Positions 1 through 8,544 of a DNA stretch of 61,364 bases are shown here, piece by piece. The DNA comes from a virus. Its lineage: Duplodnaviria; Caudoviricetes. Below the pieces are notes generated by a model, which was not told the DNA's origin, did no database searches, and saw only the letters and a program-made list of their open reading frames with translations. The first letter of the stretch is position 1, and each line of letters starts with the position of its first letter. Both the position numbers and the translations under genes were made by a program. The stretch lies in IMG/VR virus record IMGVR_UViG_3300025892_000021, positions 1-61,364 of that record; one strand, given 5' to 3'.

Positions 1-1
1 C

Positions 2-1228
2 TTTGCAAGAACGAACTTTGTACCCATCTCTTGCATCACTATCGTGTTCTCTGTCAGTTTGAGTAATAATCAAACTATCATTGTAATCATGTTTGCGATG
101 GAAATAAAATGAATTAATTTTAATTCCATTCCATTCAAATGAGCTTTCAAAGATGTTTCTCATATTATACGGCATAGCATTTACAACTTTTGCATAATTA
201 GCTTTTGCATCAAACAAGTCAGTTGAATCTGCGAGTTTTCTCTTGGCAATCTCTTGAACACCTTTAGATGCAACAACTAAATACTTTGCAATAGTTTTCT
301 GAGTGGATTTGTTATACTCCAATGACTCTCTACTATGATGCAACTTTACTGCACCCAATGGAACTCTAAGATAAAAATTATCTTGTTGTAAAAGATTCCT
401 GCAAATTTCTCTGAGTTGTTCGTCTTGAACGAAATTAGTTAAATTAATAGCATCTGTATCAACAGGATACTTTACTCTACCCATGAGAACATGGGAACGA
501 TTGCTACTATGTCTGTAACCATACTTGGAACTATCATTCTCTTTAACAAAGAACCAATCATCATTATCGCTTTCTAAGATTCTTTCTCTCTTAGCAATGA
601 AATCATCTTCAACACCAATAAATTTTGGCATTTCTTCATCAGAAAAGAACTCGAAAAACTTCTGTACAATTTCTTTAAACTCTGATACATCTGAATCAGA
701 TACGGCAACTTCGATAGACAAACCTGTTGGTTCGTTAGTTGGTTCTGCTTCACCAATCATTGCAATCTTGGTATCGTCATCATCATTGACGAAAACATTG
801 TAAGTCTTTTTTACTCCACCATGATAAGAGACACAAGTAAAGTTTTCACCATAAGACAATGGAGCAAACTTACCGATACCGAAAGCGCCGATATAATTGT
901 TTGACTCTCTCTTGGTTGACTTACCATACTTTGAGTAAAGACCAAACACATCTTCTTGGCTAAGACCCCCACCGAAATCACGAACTGCAAAAGTTGGATT
1001 CATGTTGGTTGGCAACTTTACTTCGATAGAACGAGAAGCATTTGCTTCTGCATTTGCATCGAGTGCATTTGCGGTAATCTCTCTAACAACTGCAAGACGA
1101 GTGTTAGAATAGTTGTTACGAAGAAGAGATGCAACATATCTCATGTCTTCCGCATCTATTGTACAATTTACAGATTCAAAATCGTGACTCTGTACTACTT
1201 CTTTACTTTTTTCTTTTGTGATAATCAT
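2..1228 (-). CDS. rIIA-like protein with N-terminal GHKL (Hsp90-type) ATPase; 3' end outside window
   Basis: Absent from ORF track; manual translation from ATG at 1228: MIITKEKSKEVVQSH...VVREITANALDA...VRDFGGGLS...YGKSTKRESNNYIGAFGIG, i.e. GHKL N-box/G-box motifs as in T4 rIIA-like proteins; frame open to window edge. Confidence 0.8.
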   Translation of the reverse strand, partial: MIITKEKSKEVVQSHDFESVNCTIDAEDMRYVASLLRNNYSNTRLAVVREITANALDANAEANASRSIEVKLPTNMNPTFAVRDFGGGLSQEDVFGLYSKYGKSTKRESNNYIGAFGIGKFAPLSYGENFTCVSYHGGVKKTYNVFVNDDDDTKIAMIGEAEPTNEPTGLSIEVAVSDSDVSEFKEIVQKFFEFFSDEEMPKFIGVEDDFIAKRERILESDNDDWFFVKENDSSKYGYRHSSNRSHVLMGRVKYPVDTDAINLTNFVQDEQLREICRNLLQQDNFYLRVPLGAVKLHHSRESLEYNKSTQKTIAKYLVVASKGVQEIAKRKLADSTDLFDAKANYAKVVNAMPYNMRNIFESSFEWNGIKINSFYFHRKHDYNDSLIITQTDREHDSDARDGYKVRSCK

Positions 1229-1274
1229 TTTTTTTCGCTTTCTTTGTTTGTGATAAAATTTAAACTATGCCCAT

Positions 1275-1303
1275 ACCTTACTATAACTAATTTTGTTTGT
1301 CAA
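1275..1303 (-). promoter_or_regulatory. sigma70-type promoter upstream of rIIA-like gene
   Basis: TTGACA-N17-TAAGGT. Confidence 0.65.
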
Positions 1304-1310
1304 TCTTTTT

Positions 1311-1496
1311 TTATTTTTTTATTCTCCATGATGATGAACTTAATGAAATTTTAATTTGATTAAAATGAAGATAAACATTTTCAAGTTTGTTTAATTTACT
1401 TTTGTTCTCATTTAAATAGTCTAACATTTTTAATTTAGATGTAAAGACTATAAACCTTTCGTTTCCATTTTTTTTGTGCGCAATATGATATTTCAC
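1311..1496 (-). CDS. hypothetical protein
   Basis: 61-aa ORF, 4-bp overlap with upstream gene. Confidence 0.55.
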   Translation of the reverse strand: MKYHIAHKKNGNERFIVFTSKLKMLDYLNENKSKLNKLENVYLHFNQIKISLSSSSWRIKK

Positions 1497-1768
1497 AAAA
1501 CATTTCCATGCTCATCATCACAATAGACTCTATCAGTCATTGCAGGGTAATGCCCACCTTTAATATTTGTTGGGTTTAATTGTTTTTCTAATCTTTGCTC
1601 AATATCTAGTAAAACATTATCTGCATAAATTATATCTTGCATATCTTTATCATTAATACTAGCACCTTCTTCAAGATCGTCAAGCATATTTTCGCAAGAA
1701 CTAATTATCCCTTTTAATATAGTCTCCTCTAGAGGATCATCTTCTTTATTTATTTCTATTCTATTCAT
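1493..1768 (-). CDS. hypothetical protein
   Basis: 91-aa acidic ORF, ATGA overlap. Confidence 0.65.
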   Translation of the reverse strand: MNRIEINKEDDPLEETILKGIISSCENMLDDLEEGASINDKDMQDIIYADNVLLDIEQRLEKQLNPTNIKGGHYPAMTDRVYCDDEHGNVL

Positions 1769-2430
1769 GCTACCATTAATTCTTCTAGTTGATCGTAATC
1801 AAACTCACCTTTTTTTGCGGGAACTATAACTTCACATAGAAACATTTTGATTGCCTTGCATATATCAAGATACTCATCCCAATCATTCATACTTAACATA
1901 TTTCCTTCACCTTGTCCACCATACGCCATGCGATAACCTTCTTCAAGAGGAGCGTGTTTTGCATTAGGGTCTTTTACCCATTGTTGAGTTTTTTGGCAAT
2001 AATGATGACTACGAGGATTGTGCATACTATTTATATAAGTAAGAATATCTATACGACCTAATTGGTTTCCACAACTATCAACATTCATTTCCGCTCTCAT
2101 ATCAACAAAGTCAACATTTGCTCCAACAAATTCATCATTTGTATTCTTTAATTGGACATGGACTGCACCATATTTGTCTTGAGAACGATATGTGTGAGAT
2201 GTACCATTATGGTTACTTTGAGAAATAATTGTGCAATCTAACTTCTCGCAAGTTTTGATATTACGATCACTTTTACTTTTATAACTAAGAATATTATCTT
2301 CGGGCATAACTTTCTTAACTAATCTATTACTCTTGAATATAATTGAGTCGGGACTCCAACGATTCCAACGAATTGGATAATGCCCAATACCTTTATGCTC
2401 TACTCTTACATCTGTGAAATAATTTTTCAT
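1765..2430 (-). CDS. hypothetical protein
   Basis: 221-aa ORF in co-oriented run. Confidence 0.75.
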   Translation of the reverse strand: MKNYFTDVRVEHKGIGHYPIRWNRWSPDSIIFKSNRLVKKVMPEDNILSYKSKSDRNIKTCEKLDCTIISQSNHNGTSHTYRSQDKYGAVHVQLKNTNDEFVGANVDFVDMRAEMNVDSCGNQLGRIDILTYINSMHNPRSHHYCQKTQQWVKDPNAKHAPLEEGYRMAYGGQGEGNMLSMNDWDEYLDICKAIKMFLCEVIVPAKKGEFDYDQLEELMVA

Positions 2431-2443
2431 AACTTTTCGCTTT

Positions 2444-2644
2444 TTATATTTTGTTTATTTTTGTTTTATCTAATGATTGTGAATGTAATTCACTTATACT
2501 ATCTAACAATTCGGGAAAGGAGTCAAGCCAATTCTGAACTTTTTTGCAAGCCTCTAAAACTCTTTTGTTTTCATCTGTGCTTTCTCCGATAGCAGAGACT
2601 TCTGCTTCATCAATGATTATTTGTAACTCTTCTGTGACTTTCAT
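2444..2644 (-). CDS. hypothetical protein (predicted leaderless)
   Basis: 66 aa; ATG 6 nt after a -10 box. Confidence 0.65.
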   Translation of the reverse strand: MKVTEELQIIIDEAEVSAIGESTDENKRVLEACKKVQNWLDSFPELLDSISELHSQSLDKTKINKI

Positions 2645-2650
2645 AATCGT

Positions 2651-2679
2651 ACTTTAGCAAATATATTTTTATATGTCAA
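2651..2679 (-). promoter_or_regulatory. sigma70 promoter, leaderless, copy 1 of duplicated promoter
   Basis: TTGACA-N17-TAAAGT-N6-ATG; 32 bp identical to 3128-3159. Confidence 0.8.
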
Positions 2680-2683
2680 GTAA

Positions 2684-2896
2684 TTAATCTACCAAATCAA
2701 AAGTATTTGGATTTTCCATCTCCTCTTCAATTATTTCCATATCAACTTCAAGAGAAGCATCTACATAATTAGGGTCTGTTGGTAATGGAACACTATTACT
2801 TTCAACTTTGGTAATTGCTTGTTCCCAAGATTCCGCTTCAACTTCTACTTGGGCATAAACTTGCCATGAACATGGTACTCTATATGTTTTTTTCAT
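2684..2896 (-). CDS. small DpnD/PcfM-like family protein
   Basis: TYRV...VEVEAESWEQA pattern shared with 3768, 5412, 5615. Confidence 0.6.
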   Translation of the reverse strand: MKKTYRVPCSWQVYAQVEVEAESWEQAITKVESNSVPLPTDPNYVDASLEVDMEIIEEEMENPNTFDLVD

Positions 2897-3123
2897 TATG
2901 CTATCTCCAATTTATAGTATTCGTTTTCTATTAAATCATTATCACTCAAAGAGTCAAGACCTAAGTATTGTTCATAAACCTCACGAATATATTCAAGGCT
3001 TTTTCCTACATAGAAAGAAGCACCATAATCGGGGGCAGAAAGACCATTCTCTCTGTCTATTCTAATAATAGTGTCCAACATTTTTTGTGGTTCAATATTC
3101 CAAACTTTTCTTACGTATTTCAT
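2896..3123 (-). CDS. hypothetical protein (predicted leaderless)
   Basis: 75 aa; ATG 6 nt after -10 box. Confidence 0.65.
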   Translation of the reverse strand: MKYVRKVWNIEPQKMLDTIIRIDRENGLSAPDYGASFYVGKSLEYIREVYEQYLGLDSLSDNDLIENEYYKLEIA

Positions 3124-3129
3124 AATTGT

Positions 3130-3158
3130 ACTTTAGCAAATATATTTTTATATGTCAA
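3130..3158 (-). promoter_or_regulatory. sigma70 promoter, leaderless, copy 2
   Basis: TTGACA-N17-TAAAGT-N6-ATG with upstream A-tracts. Confidence 0.8.
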
Positions 3159-3175
3159 GATTTTTTAAAATTTTT

Positions 3176-3373
3176 TTAATTTTTTCCAAAGAGTTGATTC
3201 CATTCTTCTCTTATTTCAATGTCAGCAATATCATCTAACCCTTCAAATCCCTCTATTAACATAGTTATCATCTCGCTTGTACCCATGTTCATTGCCTCTG
3301 CTTCAGCGAGATCATGCCTCATGTCATCTATTGATGGTTCGCCTTCTCTTGTTTGTCTTTCTGTTGTTCTCAT
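3176..3373 (-). CDS. hypothetical protein
   Basis: 65-aa acidic ORF. Confidence 0.6.
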   Translation of the reverse strand: MRTTERQTREGEPSIDDMRHDLAEAEAMNMGTSEMITMLIEGFEGLDDIADIEIREEWNQLFGKN

Positions 3374-3375
3374 AT

Positions 3376-3582
3376 TTAATCTTCTCCTTGTTGTGTTCCT
3401 ACAATCAATAATTTAACATCTCCACCATCGTCTGTCAAGCCTAATTCTTCGACAACTTGTCCGAATATCGACCCATCAGAGGGTTCAATTCTAATCCATG
3501 CACAATTTTGTCCATCTTCTGTCTCTTAGACGTCCCACTCATGCTCAAGCAATCTAGCTTTCTGATACTTTGTTAATTTCAT
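3376..3582 (-). pseudogene. small ORF interrupted by an in-frame TAA
   Basis: MKLTKYQKARLLEHEWDV*(3526-3528)ETEDGQNCAWIRIEPSDGSIFGQVVEELGLTDDGGDVKLLIVGTQQGED*; fills the gap between two genes. Confidence 0.6.
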
Positions 3583-3775
3583 ATAAACTATCTAATTTAA
3601 TGTATTGCTCATCTATCTGTGTTTCTAGCGATTTTATGTATTTATAATTATTTCCTCTTCGGGAATCTTCATAATCTAACTCAATTTCGAGATGTCTAAT
3701 AGACTTCTTTGTATCGTATATTTCGTTTTTAATTTCTTCTTCTTGTTTTAAACCTTCCATAGCTTTTTTATTCAT
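3554..3775 (-). CDS. hypothetical coiled-coil protein
   Basis: 73-aa ORF. Confidence 0.6.
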   Translation of the reverse strand: MNKKAMEGLKQEEEIKNEIYDTKKSIRHLEIELDYEDSRRGNNYKYIKSLETQIDEQYIKLDSLYEINKVSES

Positions 3776-4013
3776 TTAATTTATTTTTAATGTGAATTGA
3801 ATAATCCCCTTCCTTAACATATAAATCATCTTCTGTTAATCTCCAACACTCTTCTCCTGCCTCGTATTCATCTGCATACTCAATATTAAAATCGCAATCT
3901 CTGAGAGTTGATTCAATACTAAGTTCTCTTACCTTTTGTTCGGCTTCTTCTTTTGATTCGGCTTCAACATAAAAAGTATTATATATTTTAATTCCTACTG
4001 CGTAATTTTTCAT
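3768..4013 (-). CDS. small DpnD/PcfM-like family protein
   Basis: NYAVGI...FYVEAESKEEAEQKV. Confidence 0.6.
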   Translation of the reverse strand: MKNYAVGIKIYNTFYVEAESKEEAEQKVRELSIESTLRDCDFNIEYADEYEAGEECWRLTEDDLYVKEGDYSIHIKNKLNE

Positions 4014-4164
4014 TTTGATCTAATAGTTCGTCTAGTAAATGTACAATACCCCAACCCATTTCTTCGTCAAGTAGTCCATGAACACCTTCGCCCTTATCAT
4101 CATGCCACAAAATTGATAGCAAATGATCCCTTTGTTTTTCTAGTAATTTGTAATCAATGTTCAT
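3988..4164 (-). CDS. hypothetical protein (58 aa, not in ORF track)
   Basis: MNIDYKLLEKQRDHLLSILWHDDKGEG...; ATGA overlap with 4161 gene. Confidence 0.6.
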   Translation of the reverse strand: MNIDYKLLEKQRDHLLSILWHDDKGEGVHGLLDEEMGWGIVHLLDELLDQNEKLRSRN

Positions 4165-4655
4165 TTTTTTGCTATATATTTATTTAGATAATTGCCCGAA
4201 GCTTCCATGTTTTTTAAGTGACCTTCAAAAACAGGGTCATCGTCTCCCATTAATTTTTGTCTATATTCTTCTGCCATATCAGAACCCCATTCATCAACTG
4301 ATTCATCAGATAAATCACAAGCAATTTCTATATTAGTAATGTTGTGCCATGCTTCTTCAGCAAAGACACTACCATCCTTATTGCGACTTGGTCTTTTAAA
4401 CCTTTTATTGCAATTCTTTTTGATATGCCTATCTATAATTTCAATATCATCTTTGACGCAAGCCAAGCGATGTTTAAGTTGAGCATTTTCTAATAGCAAT
4501 CTTTCTAAATTATCTTTAGTTATTTTTTGTTCGACTTCATTTAGGTAAGTGCAAGCATCTTCAAGGGTCAAGTTAGATGCTTTAGCTTTTTCTGCAAGAC
4601 TCATGTTTACAGAGTCTTCATAAGTTGGGTGATCGTCTCCTATAATTTCTTTCAT
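4161..4655 (-). CDS. hypothetical protein (predicted leaderless)
   Basis: 164 aa; promoter TTGACA-N17-TAAGGT-N6-ATG at 4662-4690. Confidence 0.7.
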   Translation of the reverse strand: MKEIIGDDHPTYEDSVNMSLAEKAKASNLTLEDACTYLNEVEQKITKDNLERLLLENAQLKHRLACVKDDIEIIDRHIKKNCNKRFKRPSRNKDGSVFAEEAWHNITNIEIACDLSDESVDEWGSDMAEEYRQKLMGDDDPVFEGHLKNMEASGNYLNKYIAKK

Positions 4656-4661
4656 GTTCGT

Positions 4662-4690
4662 ACCTTAATCTATTTTTTTCTTTCTGTCAA
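4662..4690 (-). promoter_or_regulatory. sigma70 promoter, leaderless
   Basis: TTGACA-N17-TAAGGT-N6-ATG. Confidence 0.7.
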
Positions 4691-4825
4691 GACTTTTTGT
4701 GCAATTCTTGTTAAATTATATTCTTCTTCAGTTAAATAGGAATAACTAAATAGAAATTCTTCTTTAGTCAACCTGTCAAAGTCATACATTTTTTCTTTAT
4801 CATCTAAGAAGTCAGTTGCTTTCAT
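4670..4825 (-). CDS. hypothetical protein
   Basis: Start MKATDFLDDKEK at 4825 avoids the long overlap implied by the track start at 4897. Confidence 0.6.
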   Translation of the reverse strand: MKATDFLDDKEKMYDFDRLTKEEFLFSYSYLTEEEYNLTRIAQKVLTERKK

Positions 4826-4829
4826 TTTT

Positions 4830-5123
4830 TTATGGGTTTTTGATTTTTTTGCCATCAACACTAATCTCTCCTCTAATATATGCGCCAAAGTCATCATTAT
4901 TTAAATGAGATGTATCGGGCGGAACAACACCAAACTCTCCACCTATACCTAAAAGTTTTGCTCTATCATTAAGTCTTTTGTTCATCTGCTCTTTTAGTTG
5001 AAACATTTCTTCTACAATATCTTCAATAAGAGGATAACCTGCTAACTCGAAAAGACGAGTGTCTAGTCCACTTTCAACTTCAAATAAACTATCTATTTTA
5101 TGCGCTTCTTCTATTTTATTCAT
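4830..5123 (-). CDS. hypothetical protein
   Basis: 97-aa ORF. Confidence 0.65.
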   Translation of the reverse strand: MNKIEEAHKIDSLFEVESGLDTRLFELAGYPLIEDIVEEMFQLKEQMNKRLNDRAKLLGIGGEFGVVPPDTSHLNNDDFGAYIRGEISVDGKKIKNP

Positions 5124-5415
5124 TTTCTTTTATTTTTTCTTTTACTGCTTCCTCGCAGAGTTCATTAAATGTAATATTTTTTTCATGTGCGAACATCATA
5201 TACTTTAACAAATCATCACTACTAAAGTCAAGCTCAATTTTCTCATATTTTCGTAAATCAATTTTAACTTTTCTGATAATAAATGCTTCGTCTTGTGGGA
5301 TAAATTCTAATTCATCACCAACTTCCCATCCTAATCTCTTTAATAGATCATCGGGCAAGCGAAAATATAATTCACCATCAAAACTTTCTTTAACTTCTAA
5401 TTCTGAGACTTTCAT
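5116..5415 (-). CDS. AbrB/MazE-like DNA-binding protein
   Basis: LYFRLPDDLLKRLGWEVGDELEF swapped-hairpin motif. Confidence 0.7.
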   Translation of the reverse strand: MKVSELEVKESFDGELYFRLPDDLLKRLGWEVGDELEFIPQDEAFIIRKVKIDLRKYEKIELDFSSDDLLKYMMFAHEKNITFNELCEEAVKEKIKENE

Positions 5416-5618
5416 TTTAATTCCATTGAATCTTCTCCAGATTCTTTTTCCCTTTCTTCTACAAAACTAACTTCAGCATTTTGTTTCCATGTTTTACTTA
5501 TTTCCCAATCAGCATCAACTTCATCAAAAGCCCTACTGACTGCATCATCTTTCGATTCTGAATCAATAAAATAAGTGCGATAAGTTGTGCTTGCTATTTC
5601 TATTTCAAATGTTTTCAT
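5412..5618 (-). CDS. small DpnD/PcfM-like family protein
   Basis: MKTFEIEI...YFIDSESKDDA; start moved to ATG 5618. Confidence 0.6.
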   Translation of the reverse strand: MKTFEIEIASTTYRTYFIDSESKDDAVSRAFDEVDADWEISKTWKQNAEVSFVEEREKESGEDSMELK

Positions 5619-5824
5619 TTTATTTCCTCGCAACTAAAAACTCCTCTATCTCTATGAGTGTGATCACCATGATATTTAGTTAAGTCGTGATTGTAAAAAA
5701 GTTCTTCACAACCATGTTCGTCAAGTAATTCTTCTGCAATTTCTTCTGCTTCATCTACATTCTTAGCTTCAACTACAATGTATCCACCAATTTCTTCTGT
5801 TACTGATAATCTATACTTCTTCAT
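5615..5824 (-). CDS. small DpnD/PcfM-like family protein
   Basis: MKKYRLSVTEE...VVEAKNVDEAEEIA. Confidence 0.65.
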   Translation of the reverse strand: MKKYRLSVTEEIGGYIVVEAKNVDEAEEIAEELLDEHGCEELFYNHDLTKYHGDHTHRDRGVFSCEEIK

Positions 5825-6095
5825 TATTTTTACTCTCCATTATTTTTTTAGCATCCATTAAAGCATGACAGAACTCTTCAATCTTGTCAACAGGAATCTG
5901 AAAAAACTTATTATTACTTCTTCCTTGACTCGTAATTGCAGTACAAGCAACAAACTCATTAAAGTCATAAGCCATAATTTCAAGCCCACTAAGCCCGCTC
6001 CAATCTTTTGAGCTAGACCAAGATGTTTGCTTTGCCCTCTCTGTCTTTTTTCTACCTTTAGACCAAACGATTTGTTTTTCTATTTTATTTACCAT
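5811..6095 (-). CDS. hypothetical protein (predicted leaderless)
   Basis: 94 aa; ATG 6 nt after -10. Confidence 0.65.
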   Translation of the reverse strand: MVNKIEKQIVWSKGRKKTERAKQTSWSSSKDWSGLSGLEIMAYDFNEFVACTAITSQGRSNNKFFQIPVDKIEEFCHALMDAKKIMESKNNEEV

Positions 6096-6101
6096 ACCCT
6101 T

Positions 6102-6130
6102 ACTTTCGCATATTTCTTGAGTATTGTCAA
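6102..6130 (-). promoter_or_regulatory. sigma70 promoter, leaderless
   Basis: TTGACA-N17-GAAAGT-N6-ATG, phased A-tracts upstream. Confidence 0.65.
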
Positions 6131-6158
6131 GAATTTTTTAAAACTTTTTTAAAAAAAA

Positions 6159-6566
6159 TTAGTAGACACCAACTTCTAAATGTTCTTTTGTAATAAAAAT
6201 TGCTATTTTTTTTGAAACAGAACGAGTAGTCCATGATTTTTTTGGGAAAACCCATTTTCCGTTTTCAACTGACACTTTTCCAATTTCTTCATCAAATAAA
6301 TATTCAATTTCATCTCTTACTTGTTCATAAATACTATTACATAAAAGATGTTTAAATAATTTAATGCTAAATATAGGACTTATTTCTACATCATAAAGAT
6401 ATTCTTCTACAATTTTTTCAACTGAATCTCTAAAATCACGAACCTCATCGTGTGCGTGAAATTTTAAATCTTTAAACCAATCATCTTCTAGTAAATTAAA
6501 AATAATATTTGAAAGTTCTTTTTTGAAATAATTTAAATCTTTTATTGTCGTTTCTGAATCTATCAT
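6159..6566 (-). CDS. hypothetical protein
   Basis: 135-aa ORF. Confidence 0.65.
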   Translation of the reverse strand: MIDSETTIKDLNYFKKELSNIIFNLLEDDWFKDLKFHAHDEVRDFRDSVEKIVEEYLYDVEISPIFSIKLFKHLLCNSIYEQVRDEIEYLFDEEIGKVSVENGKWVFPKKSWTTRSVSKKIAIFITKEHLEVGVY

Positions 6567-6572
6567 ATTTTT

Positions 6573-6962
6573 TTATTCTTCGTACATATAAATCGGAGTG
6601 TATTCTCCCAAATAAGCACATTCAATATTAAAATTAAAAAACTCTATTGATTCATCGGGAGTCATACCATCTCTTTCGACAAGGGTTTCCACAATCTGAT
6701 TAACAGAATAAATAACTCTACCATCACTAGAATATCCCATAATTGCATCATCATGCCCATCGGCAAATAATGCTTTAGGATTGTGTTCTCCAATAGTTTC
6801 CTTTAAGTCTGCCAAGCGATTGGCTCGATTCTCTCTTATTTCTTTTATAACATCTTTTTCTTTATTCATATCTTCTAATGTAATCGCTCTTAAATTTTTA
6901 AGCTCTTCTAGTAATGGTAATCCTTTTGAATTTAAACAGATCATTGTTACCAAACTAGGCAT
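6573..6962 (-). CDS. conserved phage hypothetical protein
   Basis: ADGHDDAIMG...EFFNFNIECAYLGEYTP pattern common in large aquatic phages; true start may be downstream. Confidence 0.65.
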   Translation of the reverse strand: MPSLVTMICLNSKGLPLLEELKNLRAITLEDMNKEKDVIKEIRENRANRLADLKETIGEHNPKALFADGHDDAIMGYSSDGRVIYSVNQIVETLVERDGMTPDESIEFFNFNIECAYLGEYTPIYMYEE

Positions 6963-7198
6963 ACCCTATTCCCATCCTCATCTTCATGTCCACCACTAAG
7001 CACCCAATCCTTCATAAAAAATACTGCATTTAATTGAGCTTTGGATATTTTACTAGACTCCGAATCCATCTTCTCTGCCCTTGCAAGAGTTCTGTATTCA
7101 TCTATTACTTCATCCATAAGTTCAAGTGCTTTCTTTTGCGCAAAGGCTTTTCCTGCATCATAATCATCCATTATTTCACTCATCATAAGTTTCCCCAT
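6947..7198 (-). CDS. hypothetical protein
   Basis: 83-aa ORF. Confidence 0.6.
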   Translation of the reverse strand: MGKLMMSEIMDDYDAGKAFAQKKALELMDEVIDEYRTLARAEKMDSESSKISKAQLNAVFFMKDWVLSGGHEDEDGNRVCLVW

Positions 7199-7388
7199 CT
7201 CTTTCTTTCATTATTGCTTCATATATTTCATGGAGAAAATCTTTTCTAATATTATATAAATTAGATTTACCTACCTTGTATATATCTTCTCCTTTGTGGT
7301 CTGATATTTTTCTGTCAATATCTCTTACTGCAAGTAATGCCATGCTAAATCCATGTCTTGCTCCACTATTAAATTCATCATGCGCCAT
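7176..7388 (-). CDS. hypothetical protein
   Basis: 70-aa ORF. Confidence 0.6.
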   Translation of the reverse strand: MAHDEFNSGARHGFSMALLAVRDIDRKISDHKGEDIYKVGKSNLYNIRKDFLHEIYEAIMKERDGETYDE

Positions 7389-7406
7389 ATTTATTTATAA
7401 GTTTAG

Positions 7407-7480
7407 TATCAGAGGGTAGGATCGAACTACCGACTTTTGGATTATGATTCCAACGCTCTAACCGACTGAGCTACTCTGAT
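7407..7480 (-). tRNA. tRNA with CAT anticodon (elongator Met or Ile2)
   Basis: Cloverleaf: acceptor ATCAGAG/CTCTGAT, D-arm GCTC/GAGC, anticodon arm TTGGA-ATCATAA-TCCAA, T-arm GGTAG-TTCGATC-CTACC; no initiator GGG/CCC pairs; CCA not encoded. Confidence 0.9.
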
Positions 7481-7731
7481 ATATATTTGATTATTTCTCC
7501 ATTTAAATTTAATTCTCTTTCAATTTCTTTAGCTACACTTTCACCAACAGATATTTCGTGATCTTTTGAAAGGGAATCTAATAATTGAACTAAATTTTTT
7601 CCTGTTTTTTCTCTACCTTCTTCTCCTGTTAAAAATAAATTGTCAGCAGTTACAAGCATAAGATCATCTAATTTAATGATGATATGATTGATTGCATCTG
7701 TGCTACCTCTTATTCCTAATTTAATTTTCAT
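7471..7731 (-). CDS. hypothetical protein
   Basis: 86 aa; last 10 nt overlap tRNA 5' end. Confidence 0.6.
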   Translation of the reverse strand: MKIKLGIRGSTDAINHIIIKLDDLMLVTADNLFLTGEEGREKTGKNLVQLLDSLSKDHEISVGESVAKEIERELNLNGEIIKYISE

Positions 7732-7734
7732 ATA

Positions 7735-7905
7735 TTATATGCCGTGTTTACTACCAACCCTAGTTAGTTCTTTCATTAATTTATTATGTTCTTCTATATA
7801 ATCCAACATAGGCATTAGAACCTCTTGTACTAATTTCTTATCTTCTTTATTGTGGCTTGCATTAAGTCTAATAATTTCTTGATGTATTTTATCTTTTAAG
7901 CTCAT
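7735..7905 (-). CDS. hypothetical protein (56 aa, not in track)
   Basis: MSLKDKIHQEIIRLNASHNKED...KHGI*. Confidence 0.55.
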   Translation of the reverse strand: MSLKDKIHQEIIRLNASHNKEDKKLVQEVLMPMLDYIEEHNKLMKELTRVGSKHGI

Positions 7906-8101
7906 TATCATGCAATTTTCTTTTATTAACTATTTTTTCCATTGGTGGAAACCTTCCATAATTGCCCACCCCATCATAATCAGCATCATCACGTATTAAT
8001 TCTAAAACTTTTTCGTTTTTAATCATGCTATCATTTATAGACTTATCTACTTTTTTGCGATGAATATATTGATGAATAATTTTTTTAATATATTTTATCA
8101 T
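7889..8101 (-). CDS. hypothetical protein
   Basis: 70 aa with DYDGVGNYGRFP motif. Confidence 0.6.
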   Translation of the reverse strand: MIKYIKKIIHQYIHRKKVDKSINDSMIKNEKVLELIRDDADYDGVGNYGRFPPMEKIVNKRKLHDNELKR

Positions 8102-8214
8102 TTTTTAAATTTATTATCTATCCAAACTTTATAAGTATAAAGTGCCATTAATATAAATGTCAAGGTAAAACCATCTGACCATGACAAATCCCATAATTCT
8201 TTTACTTCACTCAT
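8098..8214 (-). CDS. small single-TM protein (38 aa, not in track)
   Basis: MSEVKELWDLSWSDGFTLTFILMALYTYKVWIDNKFKK; AGGAG upstream; ATGA overlap. Confidence 0.55.
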   Translation of the reverse strand: MSEVKELWDLSWSDGFTLTFILMALYTYKVWIDNKFKK

Positions 8215-8248
8215 TTATTGCATCTCCTTTAATTTTATTCATAATGTA

Positions 8249-8277
8249 ACCTTACTAAAAAAAACATAAATTGTCAA
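8249..8277 (-). promoter_or_regulatory. sigma70 promoter
   Basis: TTGACA-N17-TAAGGT-N6-ATG (opens 11-aa mini-ORF 8207-8242). Confidence 0.7.
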
Positions 8278-8295
8278 TAAAATTTTTTTATTTTT

Positions 8296-8544
8296 TTAAA
8301 AACCTTTTTCATATTTATGAAGCAACCAAGATAAAAGACTTTTTAAAGACTCTTTATATCTTTTTGGGTTATTTCTTTCTTTCCAAAAAATTAATTCTTT
8401 TTCGCAAAAAATAAACTCTTGTTTTATTAATTTTAATTCTTCTTTAGTTCCAACAATGTTAAAATCATTTATAAATTTTTTAATATATTCAAGCAACTCC
8501 TCATTATGAGGAGTATCAAATTTATCAGACATCTTCTTCAACAT
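8296..8544 (-). CDS. hypothetical protein
   Basis: 82-aa ORF. Confidence 0.55.
   Translation of the reverse strand: MLKKMSDKFDTPHNEELLEYIKKFINDFNIVGTKEELKLIKQEFIFCEKELIFWKERNNPKRYKESLKSLLSWLLHKYEKGF

Noticed and set aside
525-1354. Plus-strand ORFs 525-803 and 956-1354 and minus ORF 574-756
   Set aside because: Shadows or alternate frames of the rIIA-like gene, which has clear GHKL motifs
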